From: Bacilli bacterium | Lineage (GTDB): Bacteria; Bacillota_I; Bacilli_A; MAG-NZ | Direction: 5' to 3' | DNA: 64,000 nucleotides | Assembly (NCBI GenBank): GCA_018401215.1 | Contig: JAGYLA010000002.1 | Location: 9,880-73,879, forward strand | In this document: in pieces, positions 48,576 to 56,893 of the stretch | Layout: each line of letters opens with the position of its first letter | Position numbering within the stretch: position 1 is the stretch's first letter | Translations under genes and position numbers: made by a program | The notes under the pieces: model-generated | What the model was told of the DNA's origin: nothing | The model's database searches: none | The model's input: only the letters and a program-made list of their open reading frames with translations

Positions 48576-49511
48576 TTAACCAATTAATTCAGACCAGTCT
48601 GTAACAGTACCATCATAAATTGATTTTACTTGTTCTTTGGTCAAACTTTCAATCGGGTTGTCTAAGTGTCCAATGACAACGATTGCATCAATTGCCATAA
48701 CACCTTTACGACGAGCTGGTTCTGTATCTTTAAATTCTCGGGATGCGAACCCTATATGAATGCTTAACCCATCATCAATTGCACTTGCATCGCCGTTGGT
48801 TCCTCGGAACCCATTTGACGATCCAGTATGGTTATGTTCTGGTTCAACATTTCCGCAGTTGGTGGAGAATCCAGGGCTAATATCTTTGGCAATCGATTCA
48901 ACTGAATCGGATCCACCAATTTTTAGTGTCAATCTTGAATTGTCTTGAGCACAAATTGGATGTTGAGAACGAAGAGTGTTCCATGATTCCCCAGTGGATA
49001 AATCAACGATCCCACCACTTTGAGCAATACTTGCTTTTCCTTCACGAGATCCCAAGTAAGCAACAAATGCTAATGATAATTGTTCGTACGCTTGTGCGTC
49101 TGCTCCATACACGGAATAGTCATCACGAAGCATCCAGTTGAAACGTCGGGATAATGCATAGGTTCCGTTGAGAACGTTTGCTTCCGTTGGTTCGACTCCA
49201 TTGAAGGAGAAACCACGGAACAAGTTGGTATCTAGAGTTGATAAGGATACATATCCAACGGCATAAGGGTCAATTTGAACCGCATTGGTTTGGTCCAAGT
49301 TCCCTGCGATGACGAATCCTGCCGCTATCACAGCATCATTTGCGACGGCTTCATCAAACCCAATCCCCTCCATAAACCCTGCGCGGGTTCCTGAAGAGGT
49401 ATCACGAGTGTAAACACGGATCGATCCAGCGAACGAATCGTCTGCAGTTTCACACGCGGTTAGTCCAACAACTAATGTGAGTGAACTTAATAAGATTAGA
49501 AACTTTTTCAT
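48576..49511 (-). CDS. pstS: Phosphate-binding lipoprotein PstS
   Basis: 311 aa. Lipobox LVVGLTAC, SGTRAGF and GSS motifs of PBP-type phosphate binders. AGGAG SD. Confidence 0.88.
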   Translation of the reverse strand: MKKFLILLSSLTLVVGLTACETADDSFAGSIRVYTRDTSSGTRAGFMEGIGFDEAVANDAVIAAGFVIAGNLDQTNAVQIDPYAVGYVSLSTLDTNLFRGFSFNGVEPTEANVLNGTYALSRRFNWMLRDDYSVYGADAQAYEQLSLAFVAYLGSREGKASIAQSGGIVDLSTGESWNTLRSQHPICAQDNSRLTLKIGGSDSVESIAKDISPGFSTNCGNVEPEHNHTGSSNGFRGTNGDASAIDDGLSIHIGFASREFKDTEPARRKGVMAIDAIVVIGHLDNPIESLTKEQVKSIYDGTVTDWSELIG

Positions 49512-49551
49512 TATTACTCCTGTTTTTTTATTTGTACAAGCCCATTGTAAA

Positions 49552-49570
49552 AGGGGGTCGTAAACCCCCT
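49552..49570 (-). terminator. Weak terminator-like hairpin after the recR-orf94 unit, embedded in the Pho-box array
   Basis: Minus sense reads AGGGGGT-TTACG-ACCCCCT followed by TTTAC. The U-tract is short. Confidence 0.35.
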
Positions 49571-49597
49571 GTTTTGTTTATGTAAATTTAGTGTTAA
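49559..49597 (-). promoter_or_regulatory. Pho-box array (four TTNACA-like direct repeats at 11-bp spacing) upstream of pstS
   Basis: Minus sense reads TTAACA-n5-TTTACA-n5-AAAACA-n5-TTTACG, with plus-strand hexamers at 49592, 49581, 49570 and 49559. A TACAAT -10 candidate follows at 49544..49549. Confidence 0.55.
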
Positions 49598-49882
49598 TCA
49601 TCCTAAGAATGAAAATACATCAACATCCAAGACGACAACAATGATGTAATAAGCAATTCCACCAATTAGTAAAACAGATACGATTCCTTTTGTTTTTTTC
49701 AAAATATACTTGATCAATGCTACAACACCTAGCACCATTAACGATAATGCTCCAGTCAACAATAGTACTTGGTTCAATGAGGATTGATTCAAGAAATATT
49801 CATCAAATAATGCAAGCAACTCATTACCGCCAAACCATTCCAATACTAGTGTTTCTAATAATCCAATCAAAAAATCAATCAC
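49598..49882 (-). CDS. Small hypothetical membrane protein (two TM helices)
   Basis: 94 aa. 8-nt overlap with the recR stop. Hydrophobic segments LLLTGALSLMVLGVVALI and VLLIGGIAYYIIVVVL. Confidence 0.45.
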   Translation of the reverse strand: MIDFLIGLLETLVLEWFGGNELLALFDEYFLNQSSLNQVLLLTGALSLMVLGVVALIKYILKKTKGIVSVLLIGGIAYYIIVVVLDVDVFSFLG

Positions 49883-50483
49883 GTTTCATTACCCGTCTTC
49901 CTTCTAGTGCGCGGCGCAAAGTAATCTCATCCGCATATTGTAAATCTCCACCAGCAGGCAATCCTTGGGCAAGTTGAGACACTTCAATATCCACATCCTT
50001 TAGTAAGCGCTGGATGTACAAACTTGTCGTCTCACCATCGACGGTAGAATTCAGTGCCAAAATGACTTCTTTGATCGATGGGTCTTTCAATCGTTCAATC
50101 AAAGAACGTAAATTAATGTCTTCTGGACCGCGTCGCTTTAGCGGCGCAATGGTTCCTTGAAGCACATGATAGACCCCATGAAAGGTATTGGCTTGCTCCA
50201 CCACAAAGACATCTTTGGTGTCTTCCACCACCATCAATAATTGTTGGTCTCTGGAAGAGTCGGAACAAATGCTGCAAGGCGTGACATCGGTAATCACTCC
50301 GCAAACAGGACAAAGGGTTAGTTCGTCATTGACCGATGCTAATCTAGTGTGAAACAACTCTCGTTCTTCTTGCGAGAGTTCGTTGACGGTAAATAGAGCA
50401 AGACGTTCAGCAGTTTTTTTTCCAATCCCAGGAAGCTTGGAAAACGAATCAACGAGATCTTGAAGTGGTTTTGGATATTTCAT
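49875..50483 (-). CDS. recR: Recombination protein RecR
   Basis: 202 aa. LPGIGKKTAERLA HhH, Cys4 finger CPVCGV...CSIC, and a Toprim domain. Confidence 0.95.
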   Translation of the reverse strand: MKYPKPLQDLVDSFSKLPGIGKKTAERLALFTVNELSQEERELFHTRLASVNDELTLCPVCGVITDVTPCSICSDSSRDQQLLMVVEDTKDVFVVEQANTFHGVYHVLQGTIAPLKRRGPEDINLRSLIERLKDPSIKEVILALNSTVDGETTSLYIQRLLKDVDIEVSQLAQGLPAGGDLQYADEITLRRALEGRRVMKRD

Positions 50484-50484
50484 C

Positions 50485-52233
50485 TTATTTTAACTGCACG
50501 AGAGATTCACCAAATTCAGCAATCGCATCTTTGATCACTTCTGGTTCTTCTCGTGTCTCTTCTTCTAAGTGCAGTCCTTGAAAGGCAAAATCAGTGAGTT
50601 TTGGTGACATCCCAATGTTGAATTGTTCAAAGAATTCTTTGCGTTTGGATTCCCATAATTCTTCGGGTAAGGCAATGAAATCCAAATCGATTGAATATAC
50701 TTTTTTCAACAATCGTTTAAGTTTTTTACGGACATCGGCACGCATTAACTTATTGACCATCACAACCGTTGGATACGTAATAATGAATTCATTTTGCCAT
50801 ACCGCTTTAAGATCTCCTTTGGAGAAATCTTGCGCTAAGGTAAAGACATTGGGTTCGGCTTGACGGTTGATTTCATCCCATTGGTTTTGGATGTTCGTTT
50901 TTTTGCGTTTTGATCCTTCTTTGTCTTTCATCGCATTCGACAAAATGTTCGCAAATTGGTTGACGTCATAAATCTTAACCCGCACCTTAGGTGCTGAGTT
51001 CACTTCCAAGACATCAGCAGCAACCGGTGCTGCTTCTATCACATCTTCTTTATTGTCTTCGGCCGGCTTAGCTTTCTTTACAATTGGAGTTTTTACTGTT
51101 CCTGTTGTTTCTAATTGTGATACACGTTCTGCCAAATCAGATTGAATTTGTTGTTTGGTATCTGCCATTCGAATTAATGTAATTTCTAAATACGTTCGCG
51201 GATTGTTGCTAGATTTCATCTCACGCTGCGCTTGCGAGAGAAAATCAACGAATTCGTAGATTTTTTCGTTACTCATTGACGTCGCTAATGCTTGAAATTG
51301 AGGTCGTTCAAAAATCGTTCGTTGTAAGCCCGATGTATCAATGTTTTTATACAACAAGACATCTTTCATAAATTGAATCATTTGATGGGTGATGCGGGAT
51401 ACTTCTTTTCCGCTTTCAATCAATTGATTTAAGAAGTTAATCGCATCGACACTTTTGTGCGCTAGTAACGCTTCGGTAATATCAACAATCTTCAACTCTG
51501 AAACACTTCCGGAGACTGCATGAACATCAACATCGGTGACGCGTTCATCAGAATACGACAAGGCTTGATCCAATAAACTAAGGGCATCACGCATTCCCCC
51601 TTCGGCCGATTCTGCAATCGCATCCATCGCTTCTAAGGTCACACTAATTTGTTCTTTTTCAATGACTTCTTTGAGTTTCTTTTTAATATCTTTAGTAGAA
51701 ATGTCTTTGAAATCAAAACGCTGACAGCGAGAATGAATTGTCGCTGGCACTTTATGAGGTTCGGTGGTTGCTAAAATAAAAATGACGTGTCGAGGTGGTT
51801 CTTCCAAGGTTTTTAGTAATGCGTTAAAAGCCCCGATGCTAAGCATGTGGACTTCATCAATGATATAAACTTTATAGTTTCCTTGGCCTGGCGTATATTT
51901 AACTTTGTCACGAATTTCACGAATCTCGTCGACACCGTTGTTGCTTGCTGCATCGATTTCAATGATGTCTGAAAAGATGCCTTTACTGATTGCGACACAG
52001 TGATCACAAACACCACATGGTTCTGAGACCGGATATTCAATACAGTTCACGGTATTTGCAATAATCTTTGCGACCGATGTTTTCCCGGTTCCGCGTGGTC
52101 CAGTAAACAAATAGGCATGAGCAATCTTGTTGTCTTTTAAGGCGTTTTGAAAGGTACGGACAATGTGTTTTTGTCCGGCGACTTCGCCAAAGAATTTAGG
52201 TCGATAGGTCCGATATAACGCTTGATATGCCAT
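50485..52233 (-). CDS. dnaX: DNA polymerase III subunit tau/gamma
   Basis: 582 aa. FTGPRGTGKTS, the zinc module C..C..C..C and IIDEVHML. Confidence 0.93.
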   Translation of the reverse strand: MAYQALYRTYRPKFFGEVAGQKHIVRTFQNALKDNKIAHAYLFTGPRGTGKTSVAKIIANTVNCIEYPVSEPCGVCDHCVAISKGIFSDIIEIDAASNNGVDEIREIRDKVKYTPGQGNYKVYIIDEVHMLSIGAFNALLKTLEEPPRHVIFILATTEPHKVPATIHSRCQRFDFKDISTKDIKKKLKEVIEKEQISVTLEAMDAIAESAEGGMRDALSLLDQALSYSDERVTDVDVHAVSGSVSELKIVDITEALLAHKSVDAINFLNQLIESGKEVSRITHQMIQFMKDVLLYKNIDTSGLQRTIFERPQFQALATSMSNEKIYEFVDFLSQAQREMKSSNNPRTYLEITLIRMADTKQQIQSDLAERVSQLETTGTVKTPIVKKAKPAEDNKEDVIEAAPVAADVLEVNSAPKVRVKIYDVNQFANILSNAMKDKEGSKRKKTNIQNQWDEINRQAEPNVFTLAQDFSKGDLKAVWQNEFIITYPTVVMVNKLMRADVRKKLKRLLKKVYSIDLDFIALPEELWESKRKEFFEQFNIGMSPKLTDFAFQGLHLEEETREEPEVIKDAIAEFGESLVQLK

Positions 52234-52260
52234 AAAAAATTAGCCTCTAAACAGTAGCTT

Positions 52261-52269
52261 ATTATATCA
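52261..52269 (-). promoter_or_regulatory. Candidate extended -10 promoter for dnaX
   Basis: Minus sense reads TGATATAAT, about 28 nt upstream of the dnaX ATG, in the divergent dnaX/mnmE gap. Confidence 0.4.
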
Positions 52270-52346
52270 TAGGCCCTGGAAAATCGAATGGTTGCCCTCA
52301 AGAAAACATTATGAAATAAGATATACTTAATCGTGAGGAAATCCAC

Positions 52347-53702
52347 GTGGTTTACGATACAATTTGTGCCATCTCAACTGCATATGGAGAAGCTGGAATC
52401 GCTGTGATTCGAGTCTCTGGTGATCAATCGATTCGTTATGTGAATCGACTATTTTCGGGTGAGAACTTAGCGAAGGTATCTAGTCACACATTAACTCATG
52501 GATGGATCAAAGACTACCGCAACAACGATTTGGTCGATGAAGTTTTGGTGAGTGTAATGCGAGCTCCTCACTCCTTTACCAGTGAAGATGTTGTTGAAAT
52601 CAACTGTCATGGTGGAATTTACATCACCCAGTACATCATCGAACTATTGCTTGAAACCGGAGCAAGGTTGGCAGAACCAGGAGAATTTACAAAACGTGCC
52701 TACTTGAATGGAAAAATCAACTTAACCCAGGCTGAGTCCATCATGGACATGATTGAAGCCAAGAGCAAAAATGCACTGGTTGTCGCAACCCAAGGGTTGA
52801 GTGGTGGAGTCGCTCAATTGATTAGTACCATCAAACACCGTTTGATTGATATTATTGGTGTCATTGAAGTGAACATTGACTACCCTGAATACGATGATGT
52901 TGTCGAATTGACCGATGACGTATTGACTCCTAAAATCTTCCAATTATTGAAACAAATCGATGATATTATTGAAAAATCTCAAACCGGTTTGATTATGAAA
53001 CAGGGAGTAAAAACAGCCATTGTTGGACGACCGAATGTTGGCAAATCATCCTTATTGAATCTTTTGTTGGCCGAAGACAAAGCAATTGTGACAAGTGTGG
53101 CAGGAACGACTCGTGATTTGGTAGAAGGAACCTTGAATGTTCGTGGGTTATTGTTACACCTTGTCGATACTGCAGGCATTCACTCAACCGTCGATGAGGT
53201 CGAACAGATTGGCATAGGCCGTTCGTACAACGCAATGGATGAAGCGGATTTGGTGATTGTTGTTCTAGACTACGGTGCTAAGATGGACCAAACCGATCAA
53301 AAATTGCTTGACCGGGTTCGTTCAAAAACCCACATTGTTGTTGTCAACAAAGTAGACACCCCACGAAACACTAAGATGATTCACCGCCCCGATTTTATTT
53401 ATCTATCTACGCTAACCAAAGCTGGATTAGAGAAGCTTCAAGATGAAATTATTGAAAAAGCGGGAGTCGCAAGTTTTCATAAAGACATTACTTACTTATC
53501 GAATACTCGACAAATCAGTAAATTAAAAGAGGCTCGCTTTGCCTTAAAAGAAGCCTTAGTCTCCGCTCAAGCAAGCATGCCTGTGGATATTATTTCGATT
53601 GATTTGCAGGCAAGTTATACTGCGCTGAATGAAATCCTTGGTGTCGAACAAACCGAATCAGTCATTGATGCGTTATTCGCTCGATTTTGTCTGGGAAAAT
53701 AA
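52347..53702 (+). CDS. mnmE: tRNA modification GTPase MnmE
   Basis: 451 aa, GTG start with a GAGGAAA SD. GRPNVGKSSLLN, DTAG, NKVD and the C-terminal FCLGK motif. Confidence 0.93.
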   Translation: MVYDTICAISTAYGEAGIAVIRVSGDQSIRYVNRLFSGENLAKVSSHTLTHGWIKDYRNNDLVDEVLVSVMRAPHSFTSEDVVEINCHGGIYITQYIIELLLETGARLAEPGEFTKRAYLNGKINLTQAESIMDMIEAKSKNALVVATQGLSGGVAQLISTIKHRLIDIIGVIEVNIDYPEYDDVVELTDDVLTPKIFQLLKQIDDIIEKSQTGLIMKQGVKTAIVGRPNVGKSSLLNLLLAEDKAIVTSVAGTTRDLVEGTLNVRGLLLHLVDTAGIHSTVDEVEQIGIGRSYNAMDEADLVIVVLDYGAKMDQTDQKLLDRVRSKTHIVVVNKVDTPRNTKMIHRPDFIYLSTLTKAGLEKLQDEIIEKAGVASFHKDITYLSNTRQISKLKEARFALKEALVSAQASMPVDIISIDLQASYTALNEILGVEQTESVIDALFARFCLGK

Positions 53703-53728
53703 AAAACGGACTATTTTTTTCCGTTTTT
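53702..53728. terminator. Terminator hairpin between the convergent mnmE and the 282-aa ORF
   Basis: AAAAACGGA-(9-nt loop)-TCCGTTTTT. Overlaps both gene ends. Confidence 0.45.
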
Positions 53729-54559
53729 CTTTTTTAATAGCGATTTGATTGGTAATTGAACGCCTTCATTAAACAACTCTTTTTCTGTTGCATACCAGAG
53801 TCCATACGCAATGGGGGTAACTAACGGAACCGCGATTGTAGCATTTAAGATGGCTTGTTGAATCGATAACACATTATATGACGATTGAGTTAAGTCTCCA
53901 CTAAATCCGGCATTTAACGCTACCGTCTCGCTTAGTAATGTGGCGGAAGCAACTTGTTGTAAATCGTAGACATCACTCAAGACAATAAATTCAAGAACAT
54001 TCTCACTGGTGAGCTCTGGTACACCTTGCGTCGTATCAAACTCTTTTGGAGTATCGACTACAAGAACAAATTCATTGCTTTCACAATCAGTGACGGAGTC
54101 TCTTGCAAGGGATAAAAATCCAGCAAACACATTGGTTCCTGTAATTTGTCGAATCTCAGTACCGGAAATCAAATTGAATGAATTATCGGTTGTGACACAA
54201 TAGACAAACGAATCTAATAATCCTACCGCAGGTTGAATAGCCCCATCCACTTCAATCAGATCTACTTCTCTAAAATAAATGAAGAGGTCTGTGTTTTGAC
54301 TTGGTCTGTTTTGAATCAATCGATGTACATTGAATGAATACGAATCACGAATTTCAGAAATAACTGGTCGTTCCTCATACTCATTAGAGAAAATTTCTAA
54401 CAGTTCCATTCCCACTTGTGTTTCGGTTTTGCCTTCAAACAACTCATCAAAATCAATATTAGTTCTTTGGCTAGTGTACGAGGCGGAGCCCACAGTAACC
54501 ACGACGATTACGACGAGTGCTAACCATACTAATCCACGTATCTTCGTGTTTTTACTCAT
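53711..54559 (-). CDS. Hypothetical membrane-anchored protein
   Basis: The ATG at 54559 (MSKNTKIRGLVWLALVVIVVVTV) is preceded by an AGGAGGGG SD. The track ORF extends to 54658 without support. No family recognised. Confidence 0.55.
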   Translation of the reverse strand: MSKNTKIRGLVWLALVVIVVVTVGSASYTSQRTNIDFDELFEGKTETQVGMELLEIFSNEYEERPVISEIRDSYSFNVHRLIQNRPSQNTDLFIYFREVDLIEVDGAIQPAVGLLDSFVYCVTTDNSFNLISGTEIRQITGTNVFAGFLSLARDSVTDCESNEFVLVVDTPKEFDTTQGVPELTSENVLEFIVLSDVYDLQQVASATLLSETVALNAGFSGDLTQSSYNVLSIQQAILNATIAVPLVTPIAYGLWYATEKELFNEGVQLPIKSLLKKKNGKK

Positions 54560-54701
54560 TTTGCCCCTCCTTTGTGCTTCATTATTATACAACAGCAAGG
54601 CTCTTGCCTCAACCTTTAAATAACGTGTTGAATTCAAGGAGGATGTAAGCGATTGCAAAATAATTCAAATTAGTGTAAAATAAAGCAAAGGAGGATTCTC
54701 T

Positions 54702-55082
54702 ATGTCGATTCAATGGTTCTCTAAAAAAGAAACAGAACAAATTGCGACAATTTATGATTCCAACATCACATTAAACAAAGTCGCAAGTGATTATTTCAAA
54801 ACTGCATTTTCCGTCATGCTTGGATTTGATGAAACATCGCAACACATCTTAATCAAGCCATTAGACAAGGATGCAACTCGCTTGGGTCACATCCCCGAAG
54901 ACCAACGTAACCCCATTAGTGTGTGGCAAAGTTCCGCCCGAATTGCGAACAAAGCCTTTATTTCAAGACTTACTTCGCTAACTGGGTTACAATTTAAGAA
55001 GAGCAAGGCACATAAATTTGCTGCTGAATGGGACGATTCCAAGAAAGTCCTACGGATCAATCTTCAGGAGGAGAGAAGCTAA
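54702..55082 (+). CDS. Hypothetical cytoplasmic protein, the leader gene of the NfeD/SPFH cluster
   Basis: 126 aa. AAAGGAGG SD. The stop shares 1 nt with the NfeD ATG. No motif recognised. Confidence 0.55.
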   Translation: MSIQWFSKKETEQIATIYDSNITLNKVASDYFKTAFSVMLGFDETSQHILIKPLDKDATRLGHIPEDQRNPISVWQSSARIANKAFISRLTSLTGLQFKKSKAHKFAAEWDDSKKVLRINLQEERS

Positions 55083-55525
55083 TGTTATTAACCAATGAAT
55101 TCATGCTATTAGTATGGTTGATTATTATCGTTGCTGCTTTTGTGATTGAAGTCTATACACAAGATTTGGTAACCATTTGGTTCTCACTTGGTGCGGTTGT
55201 TGCATTTATTGCTGGTTTACTCGGGCTGCCTGATTGGGCACAAATCGTTGTGTTCATCGCAGCAAGTACCATCTTATTACTATTAACTCGACCCATTGCC
55301 AAGAAATATATGGTGAAGAATACGGTCAAAACAAATGCGGATCGTTTGATCGGTAAAGTCGCCCGAATAACAAAACCAATCAAATTAAATGAGCGTGGCG
55401 AAGTATTTATTGACGGGAAATATTGGCTGGCATTCTCCCAAGAGGAGGAATCATTTAAAGTGGATGAACAGTGTAGAGTTTTGGCCATCGAAGGAGTTAA
55501 ACTGCTTGTTGGCAAGGTGAAATAA
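55082..55525 (+). CDS. NfeD-family membrane protein
   Basis: MLLTNEFMLLVWLIIIVAAFVIEV start, TM helices, then a C-terminal OB-like segment (GKVARITKPIKLNERGEVFIDGKYWLAFS), upstream of an SPFH gene. The track start at 55028 is an unsupported extension. Confidence 0.75.
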   Translation: MLLTNEFMLLVWLIIIVAAFVIEVYTQDLVTIWFSLGAVVAFIAGLLGLPDWAQIVVFIAASTILLLLTRPIAKKYMVKNTVKTNADRLIGKVARITKPIKLNERGEVFIDGKYWLAFSQEEESFKVDEQCRVLAIEGVKLLVGKVK

Positions 55526-55526
55526 G

Positions 55527-55934
55527 ATGAATGGATTATTTGATTTAATTGGTGAATTGTTTAATAGTTTCTTTGGTTTCGTCGTCATTATTGGTATCTT
55601 GCAGTTTGTGTATCGAACGTTTATTGCAAATCGCAATCGACAAGGTCGTAACGATACCTTATTGCGGCCAACTAGAGTTGTTACCAACGAGTATGACATG
55701 GGTGCATCGGCAACTGATTCTGCCCAATCCATTCTCGATGTGTCAGCCTCTTCTAGAGACTACACCTCGTTTACCGAACGGGACATGTACCGAACTGCTA
55801 TCGAAGAAAACATGACGTATTCTTATGGGGAAAAGGAAAAGTATGCAAACCCCAAAGAATTGTATCAATCAGGAATTATTAGCCGCAAGGAATACATGAG
55901 TATGATTTCGTCTAATCCTAAAGGAGGAAAATAA
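55527..55934 (+). CDS. Membrane protein with a C-terminal SHOCT-like motif
   Basis: 135 aa. N-terminal TM helix (FFGFVVIIGILQFVY). C-terminal ELYQSGIISRKEYMSMI resembles the SHOCT short C-terminal domain. Confidence 0.55.
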   Translation: MNGLFDLIGELFNSFFGFVVIIGILQFVYRTFIANRNRQGRNDTLLRPTRVVTNEYDMGASATDSAQSILDVSASSRDYTSFTERDMYRTAIEENMTYSYGEKEKYANPKELYQSGIISRKEYMSMISSNPKGGK

Positions 55935-56866
55935 TGGAATTTTTCGGACAGATATTCTTTTTAATTTTAGTATTATTGGTGCTTGGGGTCATCGCGGTTT
56001 CGGTCAAGATCGTCCCACAAGCAAGAGCGTATGTTATTGAACGACTCGGTGCGTATCATGGCACATGGGAAACAGGAATTCATTTCTTGATTCCGTTCGT
56101 TGATCGCATTGCTAAAAAAACAAGTTTGAAGGAACAAGTCATCGACTTCGCACCTCAACCTGTAATTACAATGGATAACGTCACGATGCAAATTGATACC
56201 GTGGTGTACTTCCAAATTACCGATTCAAAATTACTTGCTTATGGGGTGGAAAGTCCACTTCGTGCGATTGAGAACTTAACCGCAACAACCTTACGTAATA
56301 TCGTCGGGGAACTCGAACTCGACCAAACGTTAACGTCACGTGATTTGGTCAACACGAAAATGCGTACCATTTTGGATGAAGCAACCGATCCATGGGGAAT
56401 CAAAGTCAACCGTGTTGAGGTGAAAAACATTATGCCGCCGCAAGACATCCGTGATGCGATGGAAAAACAAATGCGTGCGGAACGTGAACGTCGTGAATCA
56501 ATCCTTCGTGCCGAAGGGGAAAAACGTTCGGAAATCCTTCGTGCTGAAGGGGCCAAAGAAGCAGCGATCCTTCGTGCCGAAGCCGACAAAGAATCTCAAG
56601 TTCGTCGTGCCGAAGGGGAAGCCGAAGCGATTATCAAAGTCCAAGAAGCGAATGCTCAAGGGATTAAATTGATCAAACAAGCTGGCGCTGACAAAGCGTA
56701 CTTGACACTCCAATCCTTTGAAACGATGAAAGTCGTCGCCGATGGTCAAGCAACGAAAATTATCATCCCAAGCGATTTACAAGGGATTGCTGGATTGATG
56801 GCGAGTGCCGCTGAACTCATTGAAAAAGCTCCCGTCAAAGCAAAAGCACCCAAAGTAGTTGAATAA
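55934..56866 (+). CDS. SPFH/Band 7 (stomatin-like) protein
   Basis: 310 aa. N-terminal TM helix, SPFH core (VIERLGAYHGTWETGIHFLIPFVDRI) and a coiled-coil AE-rich region. Confidence 0.9.
   Translation: MEFFGQIFFLILVLLVLGVIAVSVKIVPQARAYVIERLGAYHGTWETGIHFLIPFVDRIAKKTSLKEQVIDFAPQPVITMDNVTMQIDTVVYFQITDSKLLAYGVESPLRAIENLTATTLRNIVGELELDQTLTSRDLVNTKMRTILDEATDPWGIKVNRVEVKNIMPPQDIRDAMEKQMRAERERRESILRAEGEKRSEILRAEGAKEAAILRAEADKESQVRRAEGEAEAIIKVQEANAQGIKLIKQAGADKAYLTLQSFETMKVVADGQATKIIIPSDLQGIAGLMASAAELIEKAPVKAKAPKVVE
56501..56632 (+). repeat. Four tandem 33-nt (11-aa) repeats inside the SPFH gene
   Basis: ATCCTTCGTGCCGAAGGGGA... repeats encode ILRAEGEKRSE / ILRAEGAKEAA / ILRAEADKESQ / VRRAEGEAEAI, a hendecad coiled coil. 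Confidence 0.85.
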
Positions 56867-56867
56867 T

Positions 56868-56893
56868 AAAAAGGCCTAGAAATAGGCCTTTTT
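56868..56893. terminator. Bidirectional terminator between the SPFH gene and asnS
   Basis: AAAAAGGCCTA-GAAA-TAGGCCTTTTT, a perfect hairpin. Confidence 0.7.

Noticed and set aside
52234-52346. Possible small SRP RNA (ffs), which often lies upstream of dnaX in Bacillota
   Set aside because: The gap is only 113 bp and is occupied by divergent promoter elements. I found no GNRA-capped helix 8 or conserved AGCA/GGAA motifs.
56239-56749. Alternative-frame ORFs (116, 83 and 73 aa) rich in R/S/K inside the SPFH gene
   Set aside because: They arise from the 33-nt tandem repeat region read in other frames or strands. The SPFH frame is unambiguous.
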